From Phyllobates terribilis (taxonomy: Eukaryota), in NCBI RefSeq assembly GCF_046119375.1, contig NW_027362769.1:278442001-278506000 (forward strand): 64,000 nucleotides of DNA. Reading direction: 5' to 3'. Positions 61,489 through 64,000 of the stretch are shown here, one piece after another. The stretch's first letter is position 1. The number at the start of each line of letters is the position of its first letter. A program made the translations under genes and the position numbers. Under the pieces are notes generated by a model. The model did not search any database and had not been told where the DNA came from. It saw only the letters and a list, made by a program, of their open reading frames with translations.

Positions 61489-63408
61489 ATGGATCTATCT
61501 GCTCTCGTTCCTGCGGATCCGCCACGTTACTATGGGGATCCAAGACAAAGTCGTGCATCTGTGGAGCAATGCATGCTACACTTCAAGTTCTACCCTCTAT
61601 GTTTTCCCACCGATCGGGTTAAGGTGGCATTCATTATGTCTAACCTAGCGGGTGATGCCTTGGAATGGATCAACCCCCTATGGGAAACACAGGATCCTAT
61701 CGTCCTGGACATAATGGCCTTCCTGGTGGCCTTTCTAATGGTCTTCGATGATCCTAACCCGGAGGCTCCTGCTGAAGCTTCACTTCCCAATATCCCGGAG
61801 CAGCCCCGATGGGTAATGTGTGTGGGTAGCGCAATAGTCCTCCAGCCCAATGAGACTACTGCCCACCCAGAATCCTCACAGGGTGACTACGCTCTCCGGA
61901 ATACTTCTCCCAACCTCAAGAGGCAGTCCAGACGTGCTAGACGTAGAGGCAAGCCGTCACGCCAGGGTCTGTCCTCCCTGAGACCTCCTGACCCCAACCT
62001 TGAAGTCCCTACTGAAGCTTCATCTCCCTGTATCCCGGAGAAGCCCCAACGGGTAATGTGCGTGGGTAGTGCACCAGTTCTCCTGCCCGAAGAGACTACT
62101 GCCCATCCAGACTCCACACAGGAGAACTTCCTGCACCCGGCATCAGATGCTTCACCCACTTTAATCGGTGTGCATGTCCAAGGATGCTCCGAAGCTGTGA
62201 TTACCTCAGAGTCTGTGCACCTCTACTACCTGGCGGAGGACCCCCAGTTGCCTCCTGAATCCTCCGGGATACCACTCGATGACAAATGGAGAGAGACTTC
62301 TCTACACCTGGTACTCGATACTTTGTCCGCTCCGTCCTGTGAGCCTGACAATGGGTACCCCAAAGTGGTAGATACCCCCGAGTCTCTACACCCCTCCGAC
62401 CAGGCGGAGGACCTCCAGTTGTCTCCAGAACCCTTCGGGGTACTACCTGGTAGCGAAAGGACAGAGACTCTCCTATACTCTGTACCTGATACCTCGCTCG
62501 CTTCGTCCAGTGAGTCCAACCTAGTGTACTCTGAAGCAGAGGTTACCCATGAGTCTCTACACCCCTCCGACCAGGCGGAGGACCTCCAGTTGTCTCCAGA
62601 ACCCTTCGGGGTGCTACCTGGTAGCGAAAGGACAGAGACTCTCCTATACTCTGTATCTGATACCTCGCTCGCTTCGTCCAGTGAGTCCAACCTAGTGTAC
62701 TCTGAAGCAGGGGTTACCCATGAGTCTCTACACCCCTCTGACCAGGCGGAGGACCTCCAGTTGTCTCCAGAACCCTTCGGGGTGCTACCTGGTAGCGAAA
62801 GGACAGAGACTCTCCTATACTCTGCACCTGATACCTCGCTCGCTTCGTCCAGTAAGTCCAACCTAGTGTACTCCGAAGCAGAGGATACTCCCGAGTCTCT
62901 ACACCCCTCCGACCGGGCGGAGGACATCCAGTTGTCTCCAGAACCCTTCGGGGTGCCACCTGGTGGTGAATGGACAGAGACTTTCCTATACTCGGTACCC
63001 GATACCTCGCCTGCTTCGTCCAGTGAGTCCGACCTAGTGTACTCTGAAGCAGATGTTTTCTCCGAGCCTCTGCACTCTTCTGACCCGGCGGAGGACCTCC
63101 AGTTGTTTCCTGAATCCTCCGGGGTACCACCAGATAACAAAGAGACAGTGATTTTTCCTCATCCTGTACCTGATAACCCGTCTAATTCTTCCTGTGAGCT
63201 TGACAAGATGTACCTCGAAGCAGAGTTTACCCCCAAGTCTCTGCTCCCCTCCAACCCGGTGGAGGACTTCCAGTTGTCTCCTGTACCCTCTGGGGTGCCA
63301 CCTGAAAATATGTGGAGAGAGACTTCCTTGTGTGCTGTTCTTGGTACTCCACCCGTTTCGTCTGTTGCTGAGGATGGCTGGATAGGAGGTAGCAACCTAG
63401 CTAACTAG
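61489..63408 (+). CDS. 639-aa ORF: sushi/RTL(PEG10/LDOC1)-like Gag N-terminal capsid segment + acidic P/S/E-rich tandem repeats
   Basis: PPRYYGDPRQSRASVEQCMLHF..FPTDRVKVAFIMSNLAGDALEWINPLWE..FLMVFDDP resembles the DUF4939/retrotransposon-gag motif; then an 80-aa-spaced duplication and seven 57-aa units; no stop. Confidence 0.8.
   Translation: MDLSALVPADPPRYYGDPRQSRASVEQCMLHFKFYPLCFPTDRVKVAFIMSNLAGDALEWINPLWETQDPIVLDIMAFLVAFLMVFDDPNPEAPAEASLPNIPEQPRWVMCVGSAIVLQPNETTAHPESSQGDYALRNTSPNLKRQSRRARRRGKPSRQGLSSLRPPDPNLEVPTEASSPCIPEKPQRVMCVGSAPVLLPEETTAHPDSTQENFLHPASDASPTLIGVHVQGCSEAVITSESVHLYYLAEDPQLPPESSGIPLDDKWRETSLHLVLDTLSAPSCEPDNGYPKVVDTPESLHPSDQAEDLQLSPEPFGVLPGSERTETLLYSVPDTSLASSSESNLVYSEAEVTHESLHPSDQAEDLQLSPEPFGVLPGSERTETLLYSVSDTSLASSSESNLVYSEAGVTHESLHPSDQAEDLQLSPEPFGVLPGSERTETLLYSAPDTSLASSSKSNLVYSEAEDTPESLHPSDRAEDIQLSPEPFGVPPGGEWTETFLYSVPDTSPASSSESDLVYSEADVFSEPLHSSDPAEDLQLFPESSGVPPDNKETVIFPHPVPDNPSNSSCELDKMYLEAEFTPKSLLPSNPVEDFQLSPVPSGVPPENMWRETSLCAVLGTPPVSSVAEDGWIGGSNLAN
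62209..63350 (+). repeat. 171-bp (57-codon) in-frame tandem repeat, about 7 units
   Basis: Anchors at 62209, 62380, 62551, 62722, 62893, 63064 and 63235 (all +171). Confidence 0.95.
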
Positions 63409-63500
63409 ATGAGACCAGTTTTTCCTGTGGACAGTGGGAGTGATCTCCTTAAAGTGAAGGATTGGCCCTCGAATTCCCTGCGGAAGATTCTGGCAGGCCT

Positions 63501-63527
63501 GAAGAAGAGGGGGCGTAAGGGGGGGGG
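63501..63527 (+). other. Polypurine tract
   Basis: gaagaagagggggcgtaaggggggggg ending 3 nt before the 3' LTR TG. Confidence 0.85.
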
Positions 63528-64000
63528 TACTGTAACATACCTGGCGGCGCCCTTGCATGGTGGTCCATCTCCCACTGTGCAAGAGCGCGCACTTGATCTC
63601 CAGTCCAGAATGTCTCTCTGGCTTCCCTCCATGCTGTCTGTTTGTGTCTGTTTCTGCTGCTTAAGGGCGGCGCCCGATCACTTCCTGCTTTTTGTACCTG
63701 CTGTGGGTCACACCCCTTGTGCGTCCTCAGCCTATTGCTGTCTGTCACCTGGTATATAACCCAGCTGCTCCAATCAATCCCTGCCTGAGCATTGTGCTTC
63801 ATTCAGTGTGTGCTTGCACTCTGAAGGTGCCAGGTCCCGTTCTGTGTTTCTCTTGTCTGCCTATCCTGGAGGCTGTATTTCCAGGCCTGTCTGAACACGC
63901 TCCTAGCCTGTTCCTCCCGCCTTCTAGGGGCCGATTACCTAGACTCGCTCCTGTATCTTGTCTGTCCTGTCTGAACACGCTCCTAGCCTGTTCCCCCCGC

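Larger units (their letters stand above)
59527..64000 (+). mobile_element. Non-autonomous Gag-only LTR retroelement (sushi/RTL-related), very young; 3' LTR runs off the window
   Basis: 5' LTR 59527-61347 (TG...CA), 2.18-kb interior with one long ORF and no pol motifs, PPT, 3' LTR from 63531. One mismatch seen over the 470 bp comparable. Confidence 0.93.

Noticed and set aside
62226-63140. 304-aa antisense ORF over the 171-bp repeats
   Set aside because: Expected by-product of a frame-preserving repeat; no independent start context or motif.

Overview
Eukaryotic, repeat-saturated vertebrate DNA. The repeat complement (Tc1/mariner, TTAA- and TWA-specific MITEs, CR1, L2, Penelope, Gmr1- and sushi-type Gypsy) points to an anuran amphibian (inference). 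No bacterial features, no CRISPR and no confidently identifiable cellular gene. Layout: (1) 1-10.6 kb, a 55-bp satellite of ~193 units; (2) a ~780-bp CpG-rich unique island with possible exon/promoter signals; (3) 11.4-14.1 kb, a 63-bp dimeric G-rich minisatellite; (4) 14.3-24.8 kb, a 10.5-kb fold-back (head-to-head) Penelope-like element with a 15-bp TSD, each arm hit by a different Tc1; (5) 25.8-50.2 kb, a chain of elements strung along a (TA)n tract: Tc1 > piggyBac-like > CR1 > further inserts, a second Tc1, a DD41D transposon broken by a solo LTR, and a Gmr1-like SCAN-gag Gypsy; (6) 50-59.5 kb, more TE remnants; (7) from 59.5 kb, a very young pol-less LTR element with an intact 639-aa ORF (truncated sushi/RTL-like Gag + acidic 57-aa tandem repeats) and a Tf1-like self-priming signature. 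Top leads: the Gag-only self-priming LTR element, and the Penelope fold-back insertions with minimal hammerhead-ribozyme motifs. All alignments and counts were done by eye; family names come from recognised motifs, not database searches.
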